Below, one piece after another: positions 26,344 through 37,850 of a stretch of DNA of 64,000 nt (its first letter is position 1; each line of letters begins with the position of its first letter). The translations under genes and the position numbers were made by a program. The notes beneath the pieces are model-generated. The model was not told the origin of the DNA, ran no database searches, and saw nothing but the letters and a program-made list of their open reading frames with translations. Source of the DNA: Camelus ferus (taxonomy: Eukaryota); contig NC_045697.1 of assembly GCF_009834535.1 (NCBI RefSeq), forward strand, positions 71,488,001 through 71,552,000. Direction: 5' to 3'.

Positions 26344-27210
26344 AAGAAGGAAGGTATATGAAATGGAGAAAAGGCAGTCTCTTAGAATCTTAACACAGTA
26401 GCCCAAGTGACTCATTTAAGTTCATACACAAAAATAAACTCAAAATGGCTTAAAGTCTTAAAAATAAGATGGGAAACCATAAATCTCCTAGAAGAAAACA
26501 TAGGCAAAACATTCTCTGACATAAATTGTAGCAATCTTCCTAGGTCAGTTTACCAAGGCAATAGAAATAAAAGCAAAAATAAACAAATGGGACCTAATCA
26601 AACTTACAAGCTTTTGCACAGCAAAAGAAACATAAACAAAATGAAACAACAACCTACAGAATGGGAGAAAATATTTGCAAATGATGCAACTGATAAGGGC
26701 TTAATTTCCAGAATATACAAACAGCTCATACAACTCAATAACAACAACAAAAAGACCAATGAAAAAAATGGGCAAGAGACCTAAGTAGATATTTTTCCAA
26801 CAAAGATATATAGATGGCCAAAAGGCACGTGAAAAGATGTTCGATATCGCTAATTATCAGAGAAATGCAAATCAAAACTACAATGAAGTGTCACCTTGCA
26901 CCAGTCAGAATGGCCATCATTTAAAAGTCCACAAATGATAATTGGTGGAGAGGGTGTGGAAAAAGGGAACTCTCCTACACTGTTGGTGGGAATGTAATTT
27001 GGTGCAGTCACTATAGAAAACAGTATGGAGGTGCCTTAAAGAACTAAAAATAGACTTACCATATGATCCAGCAACCCCAGTAATGGCATATACCTGGAGA
27101 AAAGTATAATTCAAAAAGACACATGCACCCCAGTGTTCACAGCAGCACTATTTACAGTAGCCAAGACATGGAAGCAACCTAAATATCCATCAACAGATGA
27201 CTGGATAAAG

Positions 27211-27259
<49 letters not shown>

Positions 27260-27747
27260 AAATGTAATACTACTCAGCTACAAAAAAGGATGAAATAAAG
27301 CTATTTGTAGCAACATGGGTGGACCTAGACATTATCATACTAAGTGAAGTAAGTCAGACAAAGACAAATACCACATCATGTCACTTATATGTGGATTCTA
27401 AAGAAATGAGACAAATAAACTTACTTACAAAACACAAACAGACTCACAGACATAGAAAACAAACAGGGGAAGGGGAGAGGGAGTAGGGGTAAATTAGGAG
27501 TTTGGGATTAGCAGATACAAACTACTATATACAGAATACTTGAAAAACAAGTTCCTACTGTATAACACAGGGAACTATATTCACTACCTTCTAATGGCCT
27601 ATAACGAAAAAGAATATGAAAAAGAACATATATATATGTATATATATATACACACACATATATATATGACTGAATCACTATGCTGTACACAAGAAACTAA
27701 CACAAGATTATAAATCAACTATACTTCAATTGAAACAAAACAAAACA
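26344..27747 (+). mobile_element. Relatively young 5'-truncated LINE-1 (ORF2 C-terminus, 3'UTR, (CAAAA)n tail) inserted into L2
   Basis: ORF 26407-26784 has [17 protein letters not shown] and QPTEWEKIFAN..DKGLISRIYKQL (L1 ORF2p). 14-bp TSD aaacttaagccaga (26330-43) / aaacttaagtcaga (27748-61). Confidence 0.95.
27213..27256. repeat. (GT)22 microsatellite within the L1
   Basis: Seen directly. Confidence 0.95.
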
Positions 27748-28515
27748 AAACTTAAGTCAGATCTTCTCACTCTTAATCCTTTAGTGGCTCTTCCTGCTTT
27801 ATCCAGAGTAAAAGCCAAAGTCTTTCCACCCACTTCTAAGGTCTCACCTGAGCGGACTCCCAGTAGTCCACTACCTTCCCCTCTTTCTCTTCTTCTTGCT
27901 AGGTGTGCTCCACCCACAGGGGCCTGTGGGCTGCCGTTGAAAACCCCTGGCATGTGTCTGCCTTAGGTCCTCTCACCTAGCTGTTTTCTCTGGCTGCAGT
28001 GTTCCTCAGGTATCTGCTTTGCTACCTCCCTCACATATTCAAGGCTTTTCTCAAATATCACCTTTTTAGTAAGTCCAGGTAAGGCCTGCCCAGACCATCC
28101 CACTTAATACTACCATCTGCTCCCTCCCATCTAACCCCAGCCCTTTTTCAAACCATTTATATCTTCTAATACACTATATAATTTATATAATCAGCAAATC
28201 TAAGAATCAACAACTTTCAGATGTACCATTATTTTATGGTACAACTAGGAAAGAAGAAAAGCTGCTGATCAAACCATGATATGCTACCGATTGTTAGATG
28301 CACCCAGATATTAGTTGTTAAAAATGTGAAGAAATTTCTCTCCCAGACTTAATGAAATGAAGATTTATTATGTCTTTTTTTCTCCATCTCCCTATGCCAG
28401 GATATCAAGTTATAACAGCAAAGATCTTTGTATGTTTTGCTCACTGATATACCCCAGGTGCTTAGAACAGTGCTTGGTAATAGGTTCTCAATAAATGTGT
28501 GTAAAATCAGTTGTT
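27748..28515 (+). mobile_element. L2a 3' portion (its 5' part is at 26297-26343), interrupted by L1 and MER104
   Basis: cagagtaaaagccaaagtcttt; ctcaaatatcacctt; ends ccccaggtgcttagaacagtgcttgg..ctcaataaat. Confidence 0.9.
28186..28360 (-). mobile_element. MER104 (TcMar-Tc2 MITE) nested in L2a
   Basis: gatgtaccattattttatggtacaactaggaaagaagaaaa...gattgttagatgcaccc..gttaaaaatgtgaa. Confidence 0.7.
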
Positions 28516-28730
28516 AAGTTTATCCTTTAGAGAGAAATCACCCTAGACTAAGTAAAGATTAAATCAAAGGTATAATGAATGTCATCCAGAGATTATAAGC
28601 TGGGAGCAAAGTGGCTCAAGTAAATTACCTCTGGATGAAGAATCAGTTCATGACTCCGGATGGTCACCTTAGAAGGTTGGGGATGGGCATATGTGCAGCC
28701 GTTGATGGGATATACGTAGATCACGTCATG

Positions 28731-29298
28731 TGCATCAGTTACTGTGTGTACTGAGTTGCCCCAAAACTTAACAACTTAAAATAACCCACATTTATTATCT
28801 CATAACTTCTGTGAGTTAGGAATTTGAGCACAGCTTAGCTGGGTCCTCTGTTTCAGGATCTCTCATAGGCTGCAGTCAAGGTATTGCCTGATTGTCCTCG
28901 TCTCAAAATTTGACTGCAGAAGGATCTGCTTTCAAGCTCAGGTGACTACTGGCAGGATTCAGTTTCTCATAGATCATTGGACTGAGGGCCTCAGTTCCTT
29001 GCTAATTATTGGCCAGAAGTTATGCCTCAGTTTCTTGCCCTGTGGGCCTCTCCAATATGGCCCACTTCATAAAAGCATGCAAATCAAGAGGGCAATAGAG
29101 AGAACCTCCTGGCAATACTGAAGTCAAAATCTTTTTTAGTCTAATCGGAGACGTGGCATACCATTACCTTTGCCATATTCTGTTGGTTAAAAGCAAGTCA
29201 CTAGGTTCAGCCTACACTTACGGGGAAGGATTACACAAGGGCATAAATATCAAGAGGTGAGAATCACTGGGGACTATGTTGGAAATCTGCCTACAACG
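28731..29298 (-). mobile_element. MaLR solo LTR (MLT1F/G-like)
   Basis: ccccaaaacttaacaacttaaaataac...cagcttagctgggtcctctg...tctgcctacaac. 5-bp TSD TCATG/TTATG. Confidence 0.9.
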
Positions 29299-29395
29299 TT
29301 ATGTAAAGGCATCTTTGGAACTGCATGTGTAGGAAGAAGGATGTATTTGCCTGTAGAGGACCTAAGCAGTATGCTTTAGTAGACATATTCCAGAG

Positions 29396-29860
29396 TGTAT
29401 GTTAAACAACATTCTTAAGTGGATCTTCCCTCCCTCACATTCGATCATAGTGGTAGATTTCTGATAATAATACCTCTCTGACCACAGCTGATTGGATACA
29501 GAGTAGATACCTGACTCAAGCCAGGCCAGTTAAGTTCTACTCCATAATTTTTTATTTTGGACTAAAAAATTCTAGTTCAGTATTACTTTGAGAGATGCTA
29601 TAATCTTGAGAACTGTGACTTGATCATCTTCTGTTACATGCAGTGAGAAGGCAGAAAAAAAGATCTGCAGAGGAAAGGGCAAAGATGTTTACTGAACTAC
29701 AGAGACAAAAAGTCTGAAGGATTTTCTGTTCACATGTCCAAGCATTTCTATAATAACCTTCCATGAGCCCCTTCTATATTGTTATAAATTTCCACTTTCT
29801 TTTTAACAAAAGCAAGTTCAAGTTGGTTTTGCAACTTTCAACCAGAGTTCTTACTAATTA
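29396..29860 (+). mobile_element. Old MaLR LTR (MLT1K/L-like)
   Basis: gaccacagctgattggat; cctgactcaagccaggccagt; 3' end aagttggttttgcaactttcaaccagagttcttactaat. Confidence 0.7.
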
Positions 29861-31859
29861 CCTCTTTATGAAGACTTTCAAAGTACCTTTGTCACCATGA
29901 CTATGAATATAACACATTGTGATGACATTTTTAAACAAAAACATAGGGAAAAGTTGAAGAGAAAGAAGGCCTTGAGCCTTTGGTCCAAATTACAGTGCAA
30001 TGTAAGTTTTTGGCAAAGTGGTTATTGTTTCACTACTTCAATCTTTATAAGGTTTAAAAAGAAAGCATATCAAGTAGGGATAGGTTTATAAGACCCCCTG
30101 TGGAACTAAATAGGCAGGAGTCTGAATGGTGAGAATTGTCTCAAGGCACATCTAAAGCATAATGGCTTCTGTCTAGTCATCTCTTAATCATGGTGATACA
30201 TTTGTTTACTGAAAAATCTGAAATGAAAGAAAAATAGCAAGCTATAACACTAGGCTCTTAAAATATTGGTTGAAACTGACAAAATAAGATCGTTATGTTT
30301 GAATGGAAACTTTATTTGTAACCATGCTTTTGTAAAGGTTTTTCAGTTTTTCTGCATTGCTAAAAAAAATCACAGCATGTTCTAAGAATCTTGAAATACT
30401 TAGACTATAAAAGAATGAGTAATAGTTGAAATGTTGTCTGCACTGCCGCTTCCTTTATTTGAGTTTGTTTAATCAGCCTCTAATCTCATTTCAAGACACT
30501 GTCAGACAAGTCACCTCTTAAATGGCTGAGTTTGGACTCTTTTTAGTGCAATGTCAGTTCTCTTTCTTTCTCGTCTTGACTTGAACAAGGTTTATATGTA
30601 CAGCTCCTGTTTCATGCTCAGTTTCACTAATGCACAGAGAGTAGCTGCCTCCACATGCAGTAATCTTCCAGGTCTTAGCCAATGACTTCTCAGTGGATGG
30701 TCGCTGCATAGAATTGACTTGCTTTTTCTACTGTTGACTCAAAAGAGACCTCCTAGTCAGGTGAGATTACATGCCAAGCTAAAGTAAAATATTAAAAAAA
30801 AAGAAGAAGAAGAAAACCCCAAAGATGGAACACTTTCGAAACTCAGTGAGTTATGTTAGAGAGCTTTTCCTTTTGTTCACATTCTCACCTAGGACAAAAG
30901 TGTTTGGTGGAAAGGCTCTGCCAAGCCAAGAGCGAAAGTTTCAATCAACAGATCTTGCACTTACTGTGTGTTCCTGAGCAAGTCACTTCAGGACAAAGGT
31001 TTCATAAGAAAAATCTCTGGGCTTTATTCACTGATGACTGATGTAATCCCATTGGTGGGGGAAATTGGCCATCTGTGAATGGCATCCACTGGTGTGCGTA
31101 GGTGTGAGTGGGTAGCACACGAGCCTCCTGGGCAAATTTCTGCCAAGCTGTCCTCAGCTCAGAGGCTAAATAAAGATGAGAAACTGCTATGTGATATTGA
31201 GACAGAGCCATTGCAAGACCAGAAAATATCATTAGCTTCATCATAAATCAGAATTGTTATGGAACATGGCAATATCCTTTTAATACAGTAATGTCTTGAA
31301 GCGTATGATGAAAGTCTGCAAATTCGTAGTTTTGTCTCAACTTCTAATCCTACCACCTTAGTTTCTGATAATTTCATCGGTCCCCCTCTATAGACCTTCT
31401 AGTGGTTGTTCCCAACTGCAGTTTCCAGTATTCCTAATTCATGTTGCCAGGTTCTGCTGCATTAGTCTACATTTATGAGAGCTGTTTCACAATTTGGGGC
31501 CATGGTTTACTTGCAAAGAATGTTGATGGCATCACACGCAGGGGCTCTTTTGGTGTCAAAGCCCCCCTCTCCCTCCTTCCCATTTACTTCAATTTTATTT
31601 TCTTCATTATTCAGTTCCCCCCTGCCCTCCCTAATAGGTAAACACACCGTTATTACCTTTTTAAAATCTGGGGGAAAAAATCTGAATTCTAAAACACATT
31701 TTGCCTGGGAGGGTTTTAGATGACAGATTTTGGATCTGTGTAGCTTTTACTAGTATTACTACTATTTCTAAGGCTGTCATTTTTTCTCTATTCCATTATT
31801 ATGTTACATTTTTATTCAAATGTCCTTCTCAAACACTCTTTGTACTTTCTTTCCAGTAA

Positions 31860-33115
31860 ACTTTTGTTTGAAAGTTAATAGCATCTTTCCACAAATATAG
31901 AGGGAAAACCACCCATAATCCTACAACATTTTAACAAAGTAAGACATAAAAGGCCAAACCTCTATCCCCACTACCCAGTGCTATTCACCAGAAGAATTAC
32001 TATATGAATTTTGTACCATTCTATTTTTTTCCAATTTGTATAAATGTGTCTATGCTTTATATATAGTCTAAAATATACTTATATTTATGAAAATTAAAAC
32101 TTACAACTTTGCTATTTACTTTTTGGATTTGACTTTCTACTGTGATCATCTTTTTAGCTTACCACCAACAGATGTCCTCAGTTCTTTTTCATGAATGCCC
32201 GCATTCCAGTATTGTGTGTGTGGCATAATTTATTTTATAGTTCTCCCACAGATAAAAATGAACTGCATAAACAACCTCCAACATATACTTTTAACCAATG
32301 AGGATGGATTTATAAAGGTAAAACTGCTTAGTCAAAGCTACGGAAATTTTAAATGTTAATTAAATGTTAATTTAACATTACATTTCAAAAGATTCTATCA
32401 ATTTGCATTCTCACGAGTGGTGTATTAGAGGGCCTACCACCTGGCCAGAACTTGATGGATGTTATGAAACCTTTTATTTCTTGCCAGTCTGGTAAGTGGA
32501 AGATGTCTTATCCTTATTTATATTTGCATTTTCCTGATTAGTACTCAGGCAGACCATGTTTTTTTTTTCTGCTCCTATTCATGTTCCTCCTCCTGCTCCT
32601 CCTTTTTCTTGACTCTCTGGTTTCTTCTTCAGGGAGTTCCCTTTTCATTTCTTTTTCTTATTAATTTTTAAGAATACGTGGTAAAGTACAAACATCAATT
32701 ATTTTCTAGCTTTTATAAAATAAAATTCCCATAGACTTCCCATGGCCTCTTAACATTCTTTGTGTTTGTCAGAGGTACTTGTTTTGGGTTTTTTGGGGGG
32801 ATAATTAGGTTTATTTATTTATTTGTAATGGTGATCCTGGGGATTGAACTCGGGACCTTGTGCTGACTAAGCAAGCACTCGACCACTGAGGTGTACCCTC
32901 CCCCCTTGTCACAGGTACTTGTGACTGACACAGTCGGGTCTCTTTATTTTCCCCTCTTTATGGTGTATGGATATCCTGTTTTATTTAAGAAGGCCACTTC
33001 TATTCAGAGTATATGTAATTATTTTTCTATATTTTATTCAAATATTTTTTAGTTTATTTTTTAACTTAGATTTTTAATTTGTCTTGCATTTTTCAAATGG
33101 TGCAAGGTTTTAGTT
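31860..33115 (-). mobile_element. L1ME-type 3' relic
   Basis: atcaatttgcattctcac; atttgcattttcctgattag; cctgttttatttaagaaggcc. Confidence 0.7.
32783..32905 (-). mobile_element. tRNA(Ala)-derived camelid SINE (Vic-1 type)
   Basis: Sense strand reads ggggggagggtacacctcagtggtcgagtgc..gagttcaatcccc..aaataaataaacctaatt (A box and B box present). 17-bp TSD ttgtcagaggtacttgt (32766-82) / ttgtcacaggtacttgt (32906-22). Confidence 0.9.
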
Positions 33116-33120
33116 TTTAA

Positions 33121-34525
33121 AACAACATGAAGTGTCAACCAGTGGTGCTGGAACAACTGGAAATCCACACGTGAGTGAGTCTAGACATAGACCTTACACC
33201 CTGCACAGCAGTTTACTCAAAATGGATCATAGACCTAAATGTAAAACGCAAACCTACAAAACTCCTGGAAGATAACACTGGAGAAAATATAGATGACTTT
33301 GGGTATGGTGATGACTTCTTAGATACACTATTAAGGCATGACCCATGAAAGAAATAATAATAAGCTGGACTTCATTAAAATTAAAAACAATTTGTGAGAG
33401 ACAATGTCAAAGGAATGAGAAGATAAGCCACAGGCTAGGAGAACATATTTACAAAAGATACATCTGATAAAGGACTGCTATTCCAAGTATACTAGGAACT
33501 CTCAAAACTCAGTGTAAGAAAACAAACAACCCAATTGAAAAATAGGCAAAAGGCTTGGACAGACACCTCACCAAAGAAGACACAGTGATGGCAAATAAGC
33601 ATATGAAAAGATGCTTCACGTCTCATGTCATCAGGAAAATACAAATTAAAACAACAATGAGATACCACTACACACTTATTAGAATGGCCAGAATCTAAAA
33701 CACAATACCAAATGCTGGTGAGGATGTGGAACAACAGGAACTCATTGCTTTTGGGGATGCAAAATGGTACAGCCCTTTTGGAAGGCAGTTTAGCAAACTC
33801 TTACAAAACTAAACATACTCTTACCAAATGATCCAGCAGTCACATTCGTTGGTATGTATCCAAAGGAGTCGAAAACTTTATGTCCACACAAAACCTACAC
33901 ATTGATGTTTATAGCAGCTTTATTCCTAATTGCCGAAACGTGGAAGCCACCAAGATGTCCGTCAGTAGGTGAATGGATAAATTAACTGTGATATAGCCAG
34001 ACAGTGGAATACTATTCAGTCTAACAAGAAATTAGCTATTAAGTAAGAAAAGACATGGCAAAAACTTAAATGCATATTACTAAGTGAAAGAAATTGATCT
34101 GAAAAGGCTACATACTGTATGATATCCACTATGTGACATTCTGGAAAATGCAATACTTTAAAGACCGTAAAAAGGTCAGTGGTTGCCAGAGGTTAGGGGA
34201 GGGATAAACAGATGAATCACAAGGCATTTTTAAGGCAGTGAAAGTAGTCTATAAGATGCCATAATGACAGATACATGTCATTTTAGATTTGTTCAAACCC
34301 ATGGAATATACAGCACCAAAAACGAACTTTAAACTATGGACTCTGGGTGATTACGATGTGTCAATGTAGGCTCATCAGTTGTAACAGATGTACCATTCTT
34401 GTAGGAAATGTTGATAATGGAAAAGGCTATGCATATATGAAAGCAGGGGTTATATGGGAAATCTCTATACTTTCCTTTTAATTTTGCTATGAATCTGAAA
34501 CAACTCTTTAGAAAAGTCCCAAGAA
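33121..34525 (+). mobile_element. 5'-truncated L1MC1-like element (ORF2 end and 3'UTR)
   Basis: gtggtgctggaacaactgg...caaaatggatcatagacctaaatgtaaaa...aaactatggactctgggtgat...ttttgctatgaatctgaaac. Confidence 0.9.
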
Positions 34526-34724
34526 AAACCAAACATGCTATGAAAAGGAAAACCTTGGACATTCATTCATTTATTCAGCATATAAACATTATATGAATGC
34601 CTACTGTGTGTCAGACACAGATAATAAAGTGCACAATAACAATCTTTGCTATAAAACATCATACTAGAAAACCCTGTTAGATAGTATGATGCACAAAAAT
34701 AAAGTAGCGTGATTCAACACATAC

Positions 34725-34912
34725 AAAACTAATACAGTCCAGTGAATGCTATTTCTGTCAAAGACAAAGTCTGGGGAAATTACAAATTTATGCCTGAGAT
34801 GCTGCTATTTGCTTAAAGCATTTTGGGAACTCTTTTTCTGAAACTTCGTTCAGAGCCTTTTGACACATTATAAACATTTTCAGGGGGGCAAATTTTCAGC
34901 TTTAGAATATAT
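34725..34912. mobile_element. MARNA-like mariner relic
   Basis: gatgctgctatttgcttaaagcattttgggaactcttttt..ttcagagcc..ggcaaattttcagcttt. Confidence 0.6.
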
Positions 34913-35125
34913 GAATGATATGATTTTTCAACATAGCTGAATGGCTCTGTAGTTCAAATATTTTCCTTCTCTATTGTTACTAATTTTCTTTTTCCCCTCT
35001 GACTGAAACTATCTCTATAACTGTAGATTTGTTCATACTTTCTGTTTATTTTCCCTTTATATATTCCCAGACTGTGTTATTGGGATCATGTAACTTCATA
35101 TTTACTACAAATTCTTGAAGGGTTA

Positions 35126-35192
35126 AATCATCATATTGTGCACCTTAAATTTGCACAGTATTATAAGCCAATTATATCTCAAAGCTGATAAA
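35126..35192 (+). mobile_element. L1 3'-terminal stub (L1MA9/10-like)
   Basis: ttgtgcaccttaaatttgcacagtattataagccaattatatctcaa. TSD aaattcttgaagggtta (35109-25) / aaattcttgatggatta (35193-209). Confidence 0.75.
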
Positions 35193-35302
35193 AAATTCTT
35201 GATGGATTATCTTTTATTGGTGTGAAATATCTCTCTATCTCCCTTTTAAGTCTATTTCACTTAAGTTGTTTTGTATTTATGAATTAGCATTATATATACA
35301 CA

Positions 35303-35582
35303 ATCATGGATTCAAGCAAATGCAGAACAAAAATATTTGAAAAAAATTCCAGAAAGTTCCAGATATCAAAATTTGAACTTGCTGTGTGCCAAAAACTATT
35401 TATATAGCATTTACATTGTATTAGGTATTATAAGTGATCTGGAGATAATTTAAAGTATACATGAGGATGTGCATAGGTTATATGCAAATTCTGTGCCATT
35501 TTATATAAAGGACTTGAGCATCCACAGATTTTGATATCTACAGAGGATCCTGGAGCCAATCCACCATGGATACCAAGGGATA
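35303..35582 (+). mobile_element. Tigger3/MER2-type TcMar-Tigger MITE
   Basis: ttccagaaagttcc..aaaatttgaacttgc; gcatttacattgtattaggtattataagt; ggacttgagcatccacagattttg; ends ggataccaaggga next to a TA run. Confidence 0.9.
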
Positions 35583-36029
35583 TATATATATATACACACA
35601 CACACACATACATAAAATTATAATCCCTGTTAGTGAATCTTTGTTTTTATATTTGTCTTTTATGAATAGCCACAGCTGAATTTTACTCTTTTTATTTAGC
35701 CTTAGAGTTGCTGTCTTTTAATTGAGGATTTTAGCCCATGTGAATTTTCATGTTATGCATCTGTATATGTATATATCTACCAAGGTTATTATCTGCAGTT
35801 TCATTTTGTGCTTTCTATTTGCCATGTTTTCTGTTATATTATGTCTCTAGTCTTTTTGTTTCTTCTACAGTTGAGAAATTATACATAGTATTTTCATTTT
35901 TAATAGTTACCTCTAACTTTTATAATATAAATTTAAAATCTGATATTTTCCTACCCAAATCTAAAGTTTAGAAATATCTATATCCTCTTCCTGAATAAGA
36001 CAAAGACCATAGTGATAAAGTTTGGGGAC

Positions 36030-36240
36030 TTTAAGTTGAGACATCTCTGAAGAATCATCTCAGCTTCCAAGTTTTTGTGGCATTGACTGAAATTGGGTGG
36101 CTGTTGCAACTGCATCTCAGCCCATCTTGCCCCTCTGCCCAGTCCTGCTTCCATTGTCTCCTCATAGCACTCTGCAAAAACCTTCCTGGACACCAATCTT
36201 AGCAACTCAGAAAGTACTCCTAGAGAAGCCAAACAGCAAC
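36030..36240 (+). mobile_element. LTR16-like ERVL LTR fragment
   Basis: cccctctgcccagtcctgcttcc...aaaccttcctggacaccaatct..ctcaga. Confidence 0.65.
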
Positions 36241-37384
36241 ACTCAGGTTGTCCTCAGTCTGAGCACAGTTTTACACTGGGCTTATGGTGGTTTACACCTG
36301 TTTTAGCATTTGAGTGGAGTCTTTAAAATGTGTAATTGATGGGCCCTCAGTTTAATTTTGACACAAATCCTCCCTTCAGAATTGATGGTCTTACAGCATG
36401 AACAAAAAACAATAGAAGTTCAACTTAAATGTCCATATTTCTAAGAGATTGTTTAAAGATTAAGTTCATTTTTGTGTTTAACATTACTTACAAAGATTTC
36501 TTGTTCTGCACAAAGTACACATAACAAGGGCAGATCAACAAGGATACAAAATGAAATAATTTGATTTACAATAATAACTGACAGTGGCCACCTACTGTTT
36601 GTGTTAAATATGGATTGTGTCCAGTATTGCCATCATTTATGAAACTAGAGATAGTCCCTCTTTTTTACTTCTGATATTCAGAATAGGCGTAAATGAATAA
36701 AGACATGACAGGTTTGATGATTAAAAGAGTGGCAGAGTTCCAAATTCCCTGCATTAGTAAGTTCATTATGAGTTGTACTTTGTAGCCTAGTGAAGTAATA
36801 CAGGGGCAGTCAATATAAATTAAACATGGATATTTATAGTTACCATCCTTTTGACATAAGGGCTACCTGGGGGGATAACACTTGCTTAACTTTCTTAAAG
36901 AAAATATAAATGAATAGGCATAAAAACATATGGAAAACTAGAATAGATTAAATATTGTTTTAGCCACGTTTACTTGGTCCCAACACCAGGGAGTGATTAT
37001 TGTGACTAAGATGCCAGAGTAATGGATGCTAAATTATCCATAACCTAAAAAATCTTCAAAACCTAAGTTAAGTATTTCTGGAATAAGCATGATTTTATTG
37101 TGCAAATATAAAGTGAATCTGAATTAATTCCAATGAAAGCTATGAATTTAGTGACAAGAGCACTGGACTTTGAGCTTCTGTTCACCAAGGATGTAGTTCT
37201 GTTCTACAGGCCAGTTACTGAATATGCCTGACGCTCAATTTCTTTACTATGAAAGGTTTGATGCCTAAATTACAGCACTGTTGTAGAGGATAAGGTAGGA
37301 TAGTAAAAATCATTCTTCCTAGGAGAAACTGGGTGCCTGTTGAATATTGGTTTAAATAGCAACATTATTTAAAATAAGAGAATA

Positions 37385-37850
37385 TTTGTTTATTACCAAC
37401 CTTCTTCCAAAACAAGATTGTACTTTACAGTGATGCATAAAATATGACAAAAGAAAAGAAATTGGAACAGAGGAGAAAGAGATTTAAAACAATAACAAGA
37501 GGGTGGAGAAAAAAGGAGCCAAGATAAGACTACCAGAAAAACTACAAGGGCCTGTACACCAACTTAAATGGAGGCCTCAAGTTTAGCTCTAACTTTCTGG
37601 AGCTCACATGCAAAAGCAGACCTCGTTAGTTACACAACACTGTTGCTCAGGGGGCAGTAACTGAATCTCTGTTCTTGGTACTAAGAGCTGGTGAAGATTT
37701 CTCCTGAGGTTCTTCATAAAGAGTACATTGTTGGAAGTAATAAACAGCATTCTCAATGGTATCCTTAAAATAGATGCAGTGACAACAACTTTATAGAACT
37801 GTTTCTAAATGGGTTCCTTGAATTATTCCAAGGAGAAACTCAGGAAACAT
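37385..37850 (-). mobile_element. Ancient LINE relic (L4/RTE-X-like; family uncertain)
   Basis: tttattaccaaccttcttccaaaacaagatt; tttagctctaactttctgg; atttctcctgaggttcttcataaagag. Confidence 0.4.

Larger units (their letters stand above)
34960..36010 (-). mobile_element. Ancient L1 (L1ME-type) relic interrupted by an L1 stub and Tigger3
   Basis: ataactgtagatttgttc; gagttgctgtcttttaattgaggattttagcccat; aaatctaaagtt. Confidence 0.6.

Noticed and set aside
26407..26784. Active L1 ORF2
   Set aside because: 5'-truncated and frameshifted (the ORF drifts out of the ORF2 frame in the middle).
27466..27489. G-quadruplex motif GGGG-aa-GGGG-aga-GGG-agta-GGGG
   Set aside because: It is the ordinary G-rich tract of the L1 3'UTR.
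32830..32905. tRNA gene (also 61690-61760)
   Set aside because: A and B boxes are present, but the stems are degenerate and each copy has an A-rich tail and TSDs, so these are SINEs.
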